DNA of 64,000 bases from Octopus bimaculoides (taxonomy: Eukaryota). The stretch is from assembly GCF_001194135.2 (NCBI RefSeq), contig NC_068993.1:49824654-49888653 (forward strand). Reading direction: 5' to 3'. This document shows, in pieces, positions 25,875 through 38,660 of this stretch (position 1 is the stretch's first letter; every line of letters begins with the position of its first letter). A program made the translations under genes and the position numbers. The notes under the pieces are model-generated. The model had not been told where the DNA came from, did no database searches, and worked only from the letters and a program-made list of their open reading frames with translations.

Positions 25875-25921
<47 letters not shown>

Positions 25922-26139
25922 AATTTGTATATATAGATATCCTTTATTCTGACACCTCATCGCCACTATTATAATCTCTTTTTCAGTTCCACCCTAATCA
26001 CTTGCGCCGTCTTTTCTACAATGCACCCCTACTAGAGGAAGCCTGTCCTGGATCTTTCTCTTTCCCTTAAATCATTCATGCCATGGCATTAAGCTGCCTC
26101 CCTCTCTATTGTAGCCCCACCCACTAAAAGGGGATATTA

Positions 26140-26357
26140 GTCTTGCAGGTTGCACGACAACCTTACTAGTGTTGGTGCCACAGCAAAAGCACCCAGTTCC
26201 ATGCTACAAAGTGACTGGCATTAGGAAGGAAGGGTGTGCCACTGCTGAAATCATGTCAAAGCAGTTATTGGAGCGTGATGCGGTGTTTAAATCTGACAGA
26301 TCTTGTCAAGCCATTCAGTTCATGGAACATAGAGGTGATATGATGATGATGATGACT
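26140..26357 (+). mobile_element. Older RTE-type 3' end
   Basis: GGTGCCACAGCAAAAGCACCCAG...GGCATTAGGAAGG...ATGATGATGATGA. Confidence 0.6.
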
Positions 26358-26502
26358 ATAGATAGATGTATACAATATGTGTAACATATGATAAGTGAGT
26401 GAGTGTGAGTGTGAGTGGTCCTCTCCCTATGTCTGTCCTCTCATTCTGTAATCTTTTCTTTGCAAATCATAGCTTTTCTCACTAAGACACTTCTATCACT
26501 CT

Positions 26503-26570
<68 letters not shown>

Positions 26571-26879
26571 NNNNNNNNNNNNNNNNNNNNNNNNNNNNNN
26601 NNNNNNNNNNNNNNNNNNNNNNNNNNNNNNNNNNNNNNNNNNNNNNNNNNNNNNNNNNNNNNNNACTGTTTCATCCTGTCTGACATGGTTCTGCCGCCTC
26701 AAAAAGCCTCAGCGCCAACTTACCTGACAATTGGTTTACATCGATGGTGTGGTGATTTTCTTCTTCTCCTCCTCCTCCCACCCTCTACTACCTCTTTGTT
26801 TGGTCTCCTATATCATTTGGGAATCCATATAGAGGGATTACTGCCAATCTTTCATGTCTTACCCTTTCTTTATCTGTCT

Positions 26880-27280
26880 CCTTTATCAGTCTGTCTGTCT
26901 GTCTCTCTCTCATTCTCTCCCTTCTGTTTGTTTGTTTGTCTCTCTGCCTGTCTGCCTCTCTCTCTCTCCTCTCCTCTCTCTCTGTCTTTCTCTCTTTCTC
27001 CTCTCTCTCTCTCTCTCTCTCTGTCTTTCTCTTTCTCTCCTCTCTCTTTCTCCTCTTGCTCTCTGTCTTTCTCTCTTTCTCCTCTCTCTCTCTCTCTGTC
27101 TTTCTCTTTCTCTCCTCTCTGTCTTTCTCCTCTCTCTCTTTCTCCTCTCTCTCTCTGTCTTTCTCCTCTCTCTCTCTCTGTCTTTCTCTCTTCCTCCTCT
27201 CTCTCTCTCCTCTCTCTTTCTCCTCTCGCTCTCTGTCTTTCTCTCTTTCTCCTCTCTCTCTCTGTCTCTGTGAATCTATC
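26880..27280. repeat. Higher-order CT repeat, unit ~CTCTGTCTTTCTCTCTTTCTCCT(CT)n
   Basis: CTGTCTTTCTC recurs many times, separated by variable (CT)n. Confidence 0.85.
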
Positions 27281-28312
27281 TCAGCACTGACAACTAACCT
27301 CTGCACCGAATCACACATATATAGACACATAAATACACACACACACACACACACACACACAGAGAGTCTACCTATTAGACTGTCTAGCTATCTGTCTGTC
27401 TTTCTCTATATGTGCCTCTCTCAATCTCTTTCTTTTCTCTCTCAATAGTTTTCCCTTTTTTATATTAACTTCTCCCCCCCCCCAATGGTCTCTAGTCCCC
27501 TATAAATAACTCTACATAAATGCATAAAATCAGTGTTTGTGTGAGTTGGCAGGGGTGGCTGAAATTTCCCAAGTCGGTTTGCAGGATGTATGGACATATC
27601 AGTGTCATAGTATATGTATGTTTATGTGGTTGTGTGTACATGACACTGAACATCTAATTTTTGTCTAGTGGTGTGCATGTTTTGCACATAAATTACATGG
27701 TAACTCAATTATCTTTGTATGCATGTGTGTGTGTGTGAATGTCTGTACACATATGTCTGTGTATGTGTGTACATGCACACACACACACACTGTCCTAATG
27801 AATGCATGAATGTAAATCGATGTCTGTCTCTCAAAAATATAATTTTAATGTAAATTTGATACTCCCTCCCTCTCTCTTCCTTCCTTTCTCTCTCTTTCTC
27901 TCTCTCTCTTTCTCTCTCCTTTCTCTCTTCCTTTTTCTTTCTTTATCCCTGTCTCTCTTTCTCACACACACACACACACACACATGCATGCACACGCACA
28001 TCTGAAAGCATATATAAGTACTCATATATCTTAGCCAGTTTATGAGCCAGGTGAGAGTTAGAATTGAATCCACATACACACAAACACACCTATATTTAAT
28101 ATAATTCAATTCTCCCACCTGAGTCATAAACTACACTGCCTTCTCTTCTATGGAACATCATCCTTATATATTATGTCTCTAGATTTGCATGATTTTTCTT
28201 TAATGAATATATGTAACTTCATGCACATCACTCAAGCATATACTTTAATATAAATACATGTGCATTCATATTTGCATGCACAAAGACTGGTTTCCAAGTG
28301 TGTATGACAGAA

Positions 28313-28367
<55 letters not shown>

Positions 28368-28600
28368 CCTTACCAGATACTCTAAAATTAGCCTTTATAT
28401 ATGTGAGCATGTGTGTGATGTACATATGATGAATAGCCATTACATGTTATAAATTTGCATATGCATGTATTCATATGCATATTTCTTTGGGTGTCTAGTA
28501 TTAAATGGTAATTTTGTGTTTGTTTCTGTGTCTAAGTATGTATTGATATATGTAGATGTATAATATATCTATATATATATATATAGAGAGAGAGAGAGAA

Positions 28601-28639
<39 letters not shown>

Positions 28640-28705
28640 TATAATATATAATATTATCTATATATATATATATATATATATATATAGATAGAAGCACATG
28701 CATAT

Positions 28706-28737
<32 letters not shown>

Positions 28738-31700
28738 CATCTTGCAGACGTTGCTAAACAGTTGAAAATCAAGTAATATTCCTCTGTGATAATAATTTAA
28801 GCTTAATTATTAAAACTTCAATACTCCTTGGTGACTTTTGAGATACCTTGTGTATTAGTGTGTCTCTATAGATACACTCATGTATATGTAAATACATACG
28901 TGTGTGTGTATGCATGTGGGACCACGTTTGTTTACACTATAAATAGTTACAAGCTTCTTAAACTCTCCATAGACAGATGATAGATACTGTATTTATTTAT
29001 GTACTCATGTACCACTATTTATGGGCAATAAAGTGTCAGAAAAAAATATCTCATGGATAATATGCACTGACTTTTCTTCAGGGTAATGTTTGAGGAAAGT
29101 ATCATGATTAAAAATGAAACCAGTAATAATAGAGAATGTAAAAGAAAAATTTTTTAAAAAAGCAAAAAGAAAAAAAAAAAGAAAAAAAAAAAATTTGGTT
29201 CTCCAGAATTTCTGAAACAAATTGATGAATGCTTTAAAATAGGTGAAATATGCNNNNNNNNNNNNNNNNNNNNNNNNNNNNNNNNNNNNNNNNNNNNNNN
29301 NNNNNNNNNNNNNNNNNNNNNNNNNNNNNNNNNNNNNNNNNNNNNNNNNNNNNNNNNNNNNNNNNNNNNNNNNNNNNNNNNNNNNNNNNNNNNNNNNNNN
29401 NNNNNNNNNNNNNNNNNNNNNNNNNNNNNNNNNNNNNNNNNNNNNNNNNNNNNNNNNNNNNNNNNNNNNNNNNNNNNNNNNNNNNNNNNNNNNNNNNNNN
29501 NNNNNNNNNNNNNNNNNNNNNNNNNNNNNNNNNNNNNNNNNNNNNNNNNNNNNNNNNNNNNNNNNNNNNNNNNNNNNNNNNNNNNNNNNNNNNNNNNNNN
29601 NNNNNNNNNNNNNNNNNNNNNNNNNNNNNNNNNNNNNNNNNNNNNNNNNNNNNNNNNNNNNNNNNNNNNNNNNNNNNNNNNNNNNNNTTATATTACAAGA
29701 GAACTAATGTGTTTAAGTGACAATTTTCTAAGAACTTTTCTAAATATTTTTGTTATGCCAATTCTTAAATAGTCTTTGGAATTTTATATTTTTCAGATAT
29801 TTAGGGTCTGGCAAACATCCTTTTAATTTAAAAGAAAAAAGATGTTTAGTTATGCAATATGTACTGCTTAACATAATGTTAAAATCATTTAATAAAATAG
29901 AAAGAAATATTTTTTATATAAATGCTGGAAGGCATATGGTACCTTTCGTACCCTTAGTGGAGTCCACTCTTTTGCAAGCATTTGGGCCAAGATACTTGTT
30001 TAAGGGTATCTTCTTTCCTACTTTGCCCTAGTTTCAAAGGCTCTGTAATGGGTCTTTCACACCAAAAAAAAAAAAGAAGTTTTTTCAACAAATTATTCAA
30101 TGTATCATGCATTTATACTTAATATATTGATTGAATGTTCACAGTCTAAACATTACTATGTTATTTATTCATTACAGTTAGTACATGAAATGCAAATAAA
30201 ATTCTATAAAAGGTGTATTACTGTAGTACCTTTCACATCTGCTTCTTTTATTAGAATGAAATTGGACATTAAAAAAAAAAATATCCTCTAGATTCTCTAG
30301 AGGGTTTAGGCCAGGTAAAATGCCTGACCAAGGGAGCATATTGATTTGAAAATTAGAAAATCAGTTAGTGTTTGGTTTGTAGGTGTAAAGCCCCCACTGA
30401 AATAGTAATTGTACATCACCAAATATCCTGTTAACTAATGGAAATATGAAGTGGTCCAGGGTCTCTTGGTTGACCACTGCACTGACTGTGACTCTAATAA
30501 AACAGTAGTCCATCACCTGTGTCTGATTTGGCTCCCGAAATTGTTACTAAGGGTGGGTAACTTGATGTTGGATTTCAAACTGCTGGAGATTTTGTGCCTC
30601 TCTAACCTGCAACCAAGTTCTGCATCTTGAGTTTTCAAATGAGTTAGGAAACTTACTCTGACTTGAAAACAGCACTTCAGGCTGCTGCACAACATTACCT
30701 CCAATATATTGTAAAACAGGCTATTTTTCCAGTTTTCTTAAAGCTGCAGTTGTTGTTCTTGTGAACCTCTTGCTACTACACTACACCCATGCAGACATGT
30801 ACACACATACACAGAATAAGAAAGAGAGAGAGAAAGAGCAAAAGATGAATGCATATAGATAAATAGATATACACCTAAGCTATCAAGAAATGTTGCAAAT
30901 ATTTTATATATGTGTATGTGTATGCTTGATTCCTTTCCAATGTGTTGTATGGTTTTCTAACGTATGATGTGCCATTTGTATGTGTGTACCATGTAGCTAT
31001 TTGCATGTGAATAGAAACTTATATTCTTGCCTTTTCTTTGCAATACATTTCTTTTAAACATTCTGATTATATATTCACGAGATTATATGTATATGCATGC
31101 GTGTATGTGTGTGTGTGGAGAGAGAGAGAGGGGGGGGAGATCTAATTTGTTATCTCTCTCTTTTTACTTTTAACATGCCCATCATTCATCTGCTGTCACT
31201 GACATCATCATATCATGCTCATCCCTTGATTTTAATTGATGTCAAGAAAGCTGTTCGCATGCGTGTGTATAGTTCTTAAAATGTTGCTAATTAACTATAG
31301 AACATTATAGACTCTATGTGTGTTTATGTATGTATGTATGTATGTGCGTTTGTGTTCGTTTGTGTATATGCGTTTGTGTTAGGTGCTGTAGTTATTTTAT
31401 AAACAAACCAAGGAAAAGTAGGTTCAAGACTCACTACTGTTTTCTATTAAATTTCCTTAGAGACAAAAAGAAGCTAATTAGAGAATGAGAGAAAAGGTTG
31501 TTAGTATGCAGACTTTGTAGTAAAATAGCTGGACAGATGTCACAGATTTAGTTAAGTCTATTGCTCTTAACAAATGAATTTAATTAATTATACAAGAATT
31601 TAAAGTTATTTGTGATATAAGTTTGTTTGTTTGTTACTTTATTTAATTTTGGAAGTGTGGTATGTTTAATTCATTCATGCTGCTACTTTCAATATTTTCA

Positions 31701-32504
31701 TTTGGTAAGACTTTTGATACAGATATAATCAGTCCTTTGATGGGGGAAATAATTTTCTTTGAATTACCTCACTAATTTCAGTTTCTGACAAACAACACCT
31801 GGTACTATAACATACAACATGAACATTGGCTAATTTCTGTTTCCCTTTATTATTTTTAAATTCGTATCATCCATACCTTTCATAAATGTTTAACCTTTTC
31901 AATAATGTTTTCCATGCAATCTTCTCATTTCAAACATCATTGGATCATTTTTTGATCAGTTTTATCCTCATAACATAATTTACAGAATGAAACTCCATTT
32001 ATCATTCTAAATGCAATTTGTTCTGTACATACTATTATTGCATGTGTCCTGAGACAGATCATATCCCCAGACAAGAATACAATATTTGTAGCATGGTTCA
32101 TCTGGGTCAACTGTAGTCATGGTCACTATCAGAAAACCTATTTGTGTTTCTGTACTTTTTGACTTGTGTGGAACTTTAAAAATTGGATTTTCTTGATTGA
32201 CACTCAGAAACTGTTATATTTATCATGTTTGGTACAGGCAGGGAAAGGAAGTTCAGATATTGCAAACATTGGTTAGAAATTGATGAGAAAGCCATTTTTT
32301 AGCATTAAAAATATCTTACAAATGTCTTTTTTTTTTCTGTCAGTACTTAAGCTTTTGGTTTTGTGATTTTTCAAATTTTTCTCAAAGAAAGCAAAAACAA
32401 AACAAAAATATTTTTTTAAAGAAACGAGTGTTTTTGAGAACAGTAGTGTAATTGGATATTTGTATGTATTGTAAATTAGTGTTCTAAAAGACTCATCTCT
32501 AGTT

Positions 32505-32890
32505 TATCGGTATAGGTGTAGCTGTGTGGTAAGAAACTTGCTTCCCAATGGTAAAGTCCAGGGATCAGTCCCACTACATGTCACCTTGGGCAAGTGTCTT
32601 GTACTATATAGCCCTGAGTCAACCAAAGCCTTTGAGTGGATTTGGTAGACGGAAACTGGAAGAAGTCCATCATATATGTGAGTGTGCATGTATGTGTGTG
32701 GGGGGTGTCATTGTATCTGTGTTTGTCCCCCACCATCGCTGGACAAACCAGTGTTGGTGTGTTCACATTCCCATAACTGTAGAATAAGTACCAAGTTTTT
32801 AAAAAATTGTAAGTGCTGGGGTTAATTTATTCAAATAAAATTCTTCAAAGCATGACCACAGTCAAATGACTGAAACAAGTAAAAGGTAAA
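32505..32890 (+). mobile_element. SINE family A, decayed full length
   Basis: GTAGCTGTGTGGTAAG...CACCTTGGGCAAGTGTC...CAGTCAAATGACTGAAACAAGTAAAAG. Confidence 0.85.
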
Positions 32891-33492
32891 TGAGAAAAGA
32901 TATCTTGTTTATTTAATTTTTTTTATTCCTTAACCTATCATAACAGCAACATTTTGTGTTGACATTCAAATTTTTGGTGACAATTGGAATGTAAACATTA
33001 ATTTATCATTTACTTCAAATCCAATTCTTGATGTATTAGTTATATATGCAAGGTTTAACAGCTGCTGGGTGGAAAAGTGACATGAATTGATTACGGAAAT
33101 AGACACCCCTTGGTTGTAGGAGATCTAAGATCTAAGAAGGTATGAAACATATTATAGTTAAATTGGAACTTTCTGGATCTCATACATGTGATAATGTCAT
33201 TGAGGTGATATTTAAGCATGCACATCCATCAAACCCAATTTTAGCAGTGAAACGAATGGGTGTTAAAACAGAGTAGTGATTTAAATTAAGATATTTAGAG
33301 TAACAGAAACATACATCTGTGTCTATATGTGTGCTTAAAGGGTAAGTATTTACAGTTCCCATCAGTTGCATAATTTCTTTTGTTTTTAATTTGTTTCTTG
33401 CCAACTGTAATCTCCACTTTCTGAGGTTAGAATGAATACCAGACAAAGTACTGGGTCAACATGATGAAGTAAAACTTAATCATGGTTGCACT

Positions 33493-33567
<75 letters not shown>

Positions 33568-33808
33568 GTTTAACGTCCACTTTCCATGCTAGCATGGGTT
33601 GAACGATTTGACTGAGGACTGGTGAAACCGGATGGCAACACCAGGCTCCAATCTGATTTGGCAGAGTTTCTACAGCTGGATGCCCTTCCTAACACCAACC
33701 ACTCAGAGAGTGTAGTGGGTGTTTTTACGTGTCACCCGCACAAAGGCCAGTCAGGCGGTACTGGCAACGGTCACGCTCAAAATGGTGTATTTTATGTGCC
33801 ACCCGCAC
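33493..33808 (-). mobile_element. Young 5'-truncated RTE 3' end with long (ATC)n tail
   Basis: About 97% identical to the 17149 copy and extends further 5'. GCACTAT on both flanks (33488-33494, 33805-33811) is a candidate TSD with microhomology. Confidence 0.9.
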
Positions 33809-33889
33809 TATAATGAAGGAAATCAGTAAAACAAAAGTGAAAAGAAAGACAGAATGTTTAATTAGAATAAATAACTTTAACATTGATTT

Positions 33890-34070
33890 GAAGCCTCTTT
33901 GTGGTTATTTTACCTGCTAGAAATAGTAGATAATCATTCTCAAATCATGTCATACTATCTTAGAAAAAGAAAATGAATGCTTTGGGCATTATAAACTCTC
34001 ATATACAAAATGACAATATTATCATGACAGGAGTGATTGAACATGAGCTGAAGGGAGGCTGAACAGCAAT
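33890..34070 (+). repeat. Family D repeat, decayed
   Basis: GTGGTTATTTTACCTGCTAGAAATAGTAG...CTCAAATCATG. Confidence 0.5.
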
Positions 34071-35278
34071 ATTCCTCGCACTAGTTGGTTGTTAGCCCAA
34101 ATTTATAGGGTATGAATTACAGTTAATGATATCAATCACACTACTTGCTTGTTACTATTATTTTATCAACTTTCAAGGGTTGACAGGCTACAGTGATTCT
34201 GGCAAGGTTTCAATACAGAATTTAAAGTGGGAAAAAAAAAAAAAAAATTCCTAAGAATTTCTTCTGGATTTTTCTACAATTTCTACCTCTTAGCCACCCA
34301 CCAAAGTAGCATGGTATTAAAATTGAAATATTGTCGAGAATGGAGACAGTATCTGGAGATCTATCATAAGTGGTAAGGGGGCTGTCCTGACCTAAAATAT
34401 AAAATAGGGAATTTGACTTTCAATTGGCTTTTCTCTACAATTTCTTTTTGTTTTTTTTTTTGCTTTTTTTTTTTTAAGACAAGATGAAGTGTTGCTTCCT
34501 GCCAATATTTGAACAGTTATTTCAAAATCCTCATTTAACTCTTTTGTATGATTANNNNNNNNNNNNNNNNNNNNNNNNNNNNNNNNNNNNNNNNNNNNNN
34601 NNNNNNNNNNNNNNNNNNNNNNNNNNNNNNNNNNNNNNNNNNNNNNNNNNNNNNNNNNNNNNNNNNNNNNNNNNNNNNNNNNNNNNNNNNNNNNNNNNNN
34701 NNNNNNNNNNNNNNNNNNNNNNNNNNNNNNNNNNNNNNNNNNNNNNNNNNNNNNNNNNNNNNNNNNNNNNNNNNNNNNNNNNNNNNNNNNNNNNNNNNNN
34801 NNNNNNNNNNNNNNNNNNNNNNNNNNNNNNNNNNNNNNNNNNNNNNNNNNNNNNNNNNNNNNNNNNNNNNNNNNNNNNNNNNNNNNNNNNNNNNNNNNNN
34901 NNNNNNNNNNNNNNNNNNNNNNNNNNNNNNNNNNNNNNNNNNNNNNNNNNNNNNNNNNNNNNNNNNNNNNNNNNNNNNNNNNNNNNNNNNNNNNNNNNNN
35001 NNNNNNNNNNNNNNNNNNNNNCATATTCTCCCTCCTCTTACTCTCTCTATTTCTCTCATCACTCTATCTTTCTTCTCCTAGCTAAGTCCCTACATTTCAT
35101 CATCATTGTCATCCTTGTCACCATTGTTTTTTGGGGATTTTCTTTTTTGTATTTTTTTACATTGAACAATTGTCAGCAGGAACTTGATAATGTTGTCAAG
35201 AAGATTTAGCTATTTCAGCATCACCATCCAGTTGGGTCGCCGGTGATGGAAAAGCAAATGTTGATTGAATGAGTTGGG

Positions 35279-35314
<36 letters not shown>

Positions 35315-35550
35315 ATAGATAAATTGACAGATAGAAGCACACATACACACACACACATTCATACATACATATATAGATAAATAGATAGTTGTGAATGGTT
35401 ATATATCTGCATGTGCATGTGTGTATATATATATAGATATATACACACACACAGAAATACACAAAAAAGATGATCTCTCTTGTTTTTTCTTTCTTTCTCT
35501 CTCTCTCTCTCTTTCACATACATACACCCAGAAATACACAAACACAGATA

Positions 35551-35581
<31 letters not shown>

Positions 35582-36238
35582 GCATGCACACCAATGCAGA
35601 AAGTTGCTGGAGGTGACAGTGATATAGAAAGTTTAGCTTAAAATTGGTAAAGTGAAATTCTTGTATTTTTACTTCTGTTCTTGTTGGTAATTAGATCTCT
35701 CACAGTCTCTTCTCTCCTGGTTTCAATTCACTCGTGAAGAAATCTGCCATTATTCTTAGTAAGCTTATTCCTATAGCCTGAGGTGTTAAATATCTTACTT
35801 GCCAGCGGGAAATTCATCTGTCTGTGTGTGTGTGTGTGTGTGTTGGGAGAAGGTTTGATTTAAAAACTAAGATTTTTTTTTTATTTATTGGAAATACTTC
35901 GCTAATCTCCATTAAAGATTAATTCTCATTCCAAAGTGAAACCTCTGTCAGCATTCTGTTTAGAATTAAGAACTGGTGTCAGGTTAAGCCTTCTCATGTG
36001 GTTAGAATGAAATAAACCCCTCCTTGTTGAAGACCATCCATGTGCTGCAGTATGTGCTCATCTGGATGTAGGCATAATAATGTAGTAAAGAATTTTGCTT
36101 CATGATCCCATGGGTTTTTGGTTCAAACATTATGTGCTACCTTAGGCATGTCCTTTCTACCATAGCTTCAGGTTTTCTGCTGTGAATATAATTCCACATA
36201 CACACACAAATTATATGGAAACCCTTTGAATGGATTAC

Positions 36239-36370
36239 CTGCCCTTAGGTGGTACACTTAATCCTTTGCCCACTTTAACACCACCAGCTAGTTCCTTGAT
36301 ATTTTTACAAGTGTTTGCTCAGCTGCAAGCCCTTGATCCTTTCTCCTTTCTTCAACTAACTCTTGCAGTC
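36239..36370 (-). other. Candidate 132-nt exon with strong splice signals; reading frame broken at an A5 run
   Basis: Minus strand: CTTTTTCTTTTCTGCAG|GACTGCAAGAG...AAGGGCAG|GTAATC. One frame gives LQELVEERRKDQGLAAEQTLVK, the shifted frame gives NIKELAGGVKVGKGLSVPPKG. Confidence 0.4.
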
Positions 36371-36645
36371 CTGCAGAAAAGAAAAAGTTCATAAACACTG
36401 TACTTCCTCATCTGCCACAAGATTCATACATGGAAAGAGATATAAATAGCAGAAAGTATAAAAAAATAGAAATATAAGCATGAAAATCATGCTGAACTAA
36501 CAACAAAGACAAACTGGATGCTGCAAAATATTAATAATTTCACTAGCCATGTTCTGTATTATTTGACTGAGCAGGGAGTTCCTTGACCAGCATCACCTAG
36601 TAAGGTTATAAATAGTAATCATAGCGTTGTTGTTGGGACCAAAAG

Positions 36646-36680
<35 letters not shown>

Positions 36681-36911
36681 TATGTACAAGCTTATTCATC
36701 AGGTAGTCAAACTTAAAAAAGAATCTGTAATTGTAGTCTCAGCTGACTTTAATTATGAGGCTAAAGATTCCGTTGTTGGGGTTTGCTGGATAGTTTTCAA
36801 CCCAGAAGTATATTAAGCCTTTGTAAACAAAACTAGCTGATGATGAATCATTTTATCCAAGTTATTTGGGGGATGGAGTATATAGGTTCAGTATTATGAT
36901 GTAGTGGGATG

Positions 36912-36913
36912 AT

Positions 36914-36960
<47 letters not shown>

Positions 36961-37190
36961 TTTAATGTCTGCATTTCCATGCCTGCATAGATAAAATGCA
37001 TAGAGGCAGATTTCCTGTTGCTGAATCCTCTTCCTGTTTCCAAGGAATCTAATATTTCCGTAGTCATTTGAACATGGACAGTGCAATGGCCACATGTGTT
37101 TTAGTAAATGTTGCAAAGGAATGCAACTTGTACGATAGTGACATTTATTTACAATAAGTGTGCAATGTCAAGGCAAGGAGACACTCACTT
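36912..37190 (-). mobile_element. Older RTE-type 3' end with (ATC)n tail
   Basis: (CAT)n TTTAATGTCTGCATTTCCATGC...GAGGCAGATTT. Confidence 0.65.
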
Positions 37191-37284
37191 ATACATACAT
37201 ATGCATATGTGTGTGTGTGTGTGCGTGCGCGGATGTGTTTGAGTGTGTGTGTATATATTTATGCATGCACACACACATACGCAC

Positions 37285-37425
37285 AGTTTCCATCTACCAA
37301 TCAACTCGCAAGGTTTGGTTAGCCTGGCAGCTAGAATAGAAGATGCTTAACCGTGGTGCCATGCAGTGGAACAGATCCAGAAACCACATAACTGTGAAAC
37401 AAACCTCTTAACAACACAGTCTGCT
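37285..37425 (-). mobile_element. SINE family A, decayed 5' half
   Basis: CAGTTTCCATCTACCAA...CGCAAGGTTTGGTT...GGTGCCATGCAGTGG. Confidence 0.6.
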
Positions 37426-38167
37426 TGTACCTAATACATTACATGCTAATGATAAAAGACCAAAAGTTGTAAAAATATTAGTAAAAATAAAATACCAACT
37501 CGTACAAAACCATTGCTGATATTATTCATTCTAGCTGACACCCATCACAGTAGAAATACTACCAAAAGTAATAAAGCATGTTATGCTAATATAATAACCA
37601 TAATAATCGTAATAGTTATTCCTTAAGCTTACGATAATGTTATTGTTCACTATATTGTGATACTTAAACTAATACCTGTAATAATAAAAAAAATAATGAA
37701 ATTACCATAAAGCTATAATATATTATAATATTAATCACCACATTATTATTGATAAGCTAGCAAAAGTGAACATCATACTATGATTCAGCGTCTTGGAAAT
37801 AAAAAATAGATTCCATAGATAATATACATTATAATATTGCTAGTTTTAATTTTGGAACCTTGCAGCACTAGAGTTTTAAATAGCAAGAGAGCCATAATCT
37901 CCTGTAGCGATTATATCCTGGATATGTAATTTGTGGATAGTATAGGTACTGAGTGGTAAAGAAGGTACAGAAATATAACTGGTGAGAGTGATTGCGGTTA
38001 TGCATCACAGGATGAAGTAGATAGTAAATATGGAATTTAGGATGTTGGTAACATTAGTTCAATGAAAACACTTAATAAGAGACATGTTTTAAAGTGTTTA
38101 TATTATGGATTTAAATATGCTGTGGTTGTGAAAGCAGAACAGTGTGTTTTTACTATGAGTTTGCATA

Positions 38168-38384
38168 TATGAAGGGGTACTGAAAAGTTCCAGGCTTTAA
38201 GGGTGTTGTGAAAAGGCTTGGAGGCCCAACCTTCCAAGTCCTTTTACAAGGCTTAGAAAAACTGAAGGACTGCTGCAATAAGTGTGTGAATCTGAGAGAG
38301 GAATATGTTGAATAAAATCATAATTAACTGATTCCCCTATATTTTCTTTTACCCAAGCCAAGAACTTTTCAGCACCTTCTCATA
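38168..38384 (+). mobile_element. Mariner-derived MITE (~215 bp) retaining the transposase C-terminus
   Basis: TIRs TATGAAGGGGTACTGAAAAGTTCCAGGCTT and AAGCCAAGAACTTTTCAGCACCTTCTCATA match 24/30 with terminal TA; 38256-38315 reads EKLKDCCNKCVNLREEYVE*. Confidence 0.85.
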
Positions 38385-38489
38385 TGTATATATTTTTTAT
38401 CATTTTTATCAATGTACATTAACAAACATTTACAAATCAATGCAAAAACCAATAAACCATTGCCTTCAAACATAAGTACTTTATGATAG

Positions 38490-38660
38490 ATCAGACAGTG
38501 TATTGGGTTCCTTGAGAAAAACATTCATGTCTCCAGTTCACTTAGCTGTAACTGAGTAATCCTACAACAGATCAGTGTCCCATTCAGGGAAAATGTAATT
38601 TTAGTCACTTATAAGCTATGGAAACCAGGTAACTGACACTATGAGTCCAAGACTCAAGAC
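38490..38660 (+). mobile_element. SINE, head type B plus V-like tail, decayed
   Basis: CCTTGAGAAAAAC...CTCCAGTTCACTTAGCTGTAACTGAGTA then GTGTCCCATTCAGGG...GCTATGGAAACCAGG. Confidence 0.55.

Noticed and set aside
26718-26726. ACTTACCTG as a U1 snRNA 5' end (also at 3354)
   Set aside because: The downstream sequence does not match U1; it is better read as a minus-strand splice donor.
30650-30780. Minus-strand exon candidate ending at GTAAGT or GTAATG
   Set aside because: Weak acceptor, no recognisable peptide, and such donors are expected by chance at this density.
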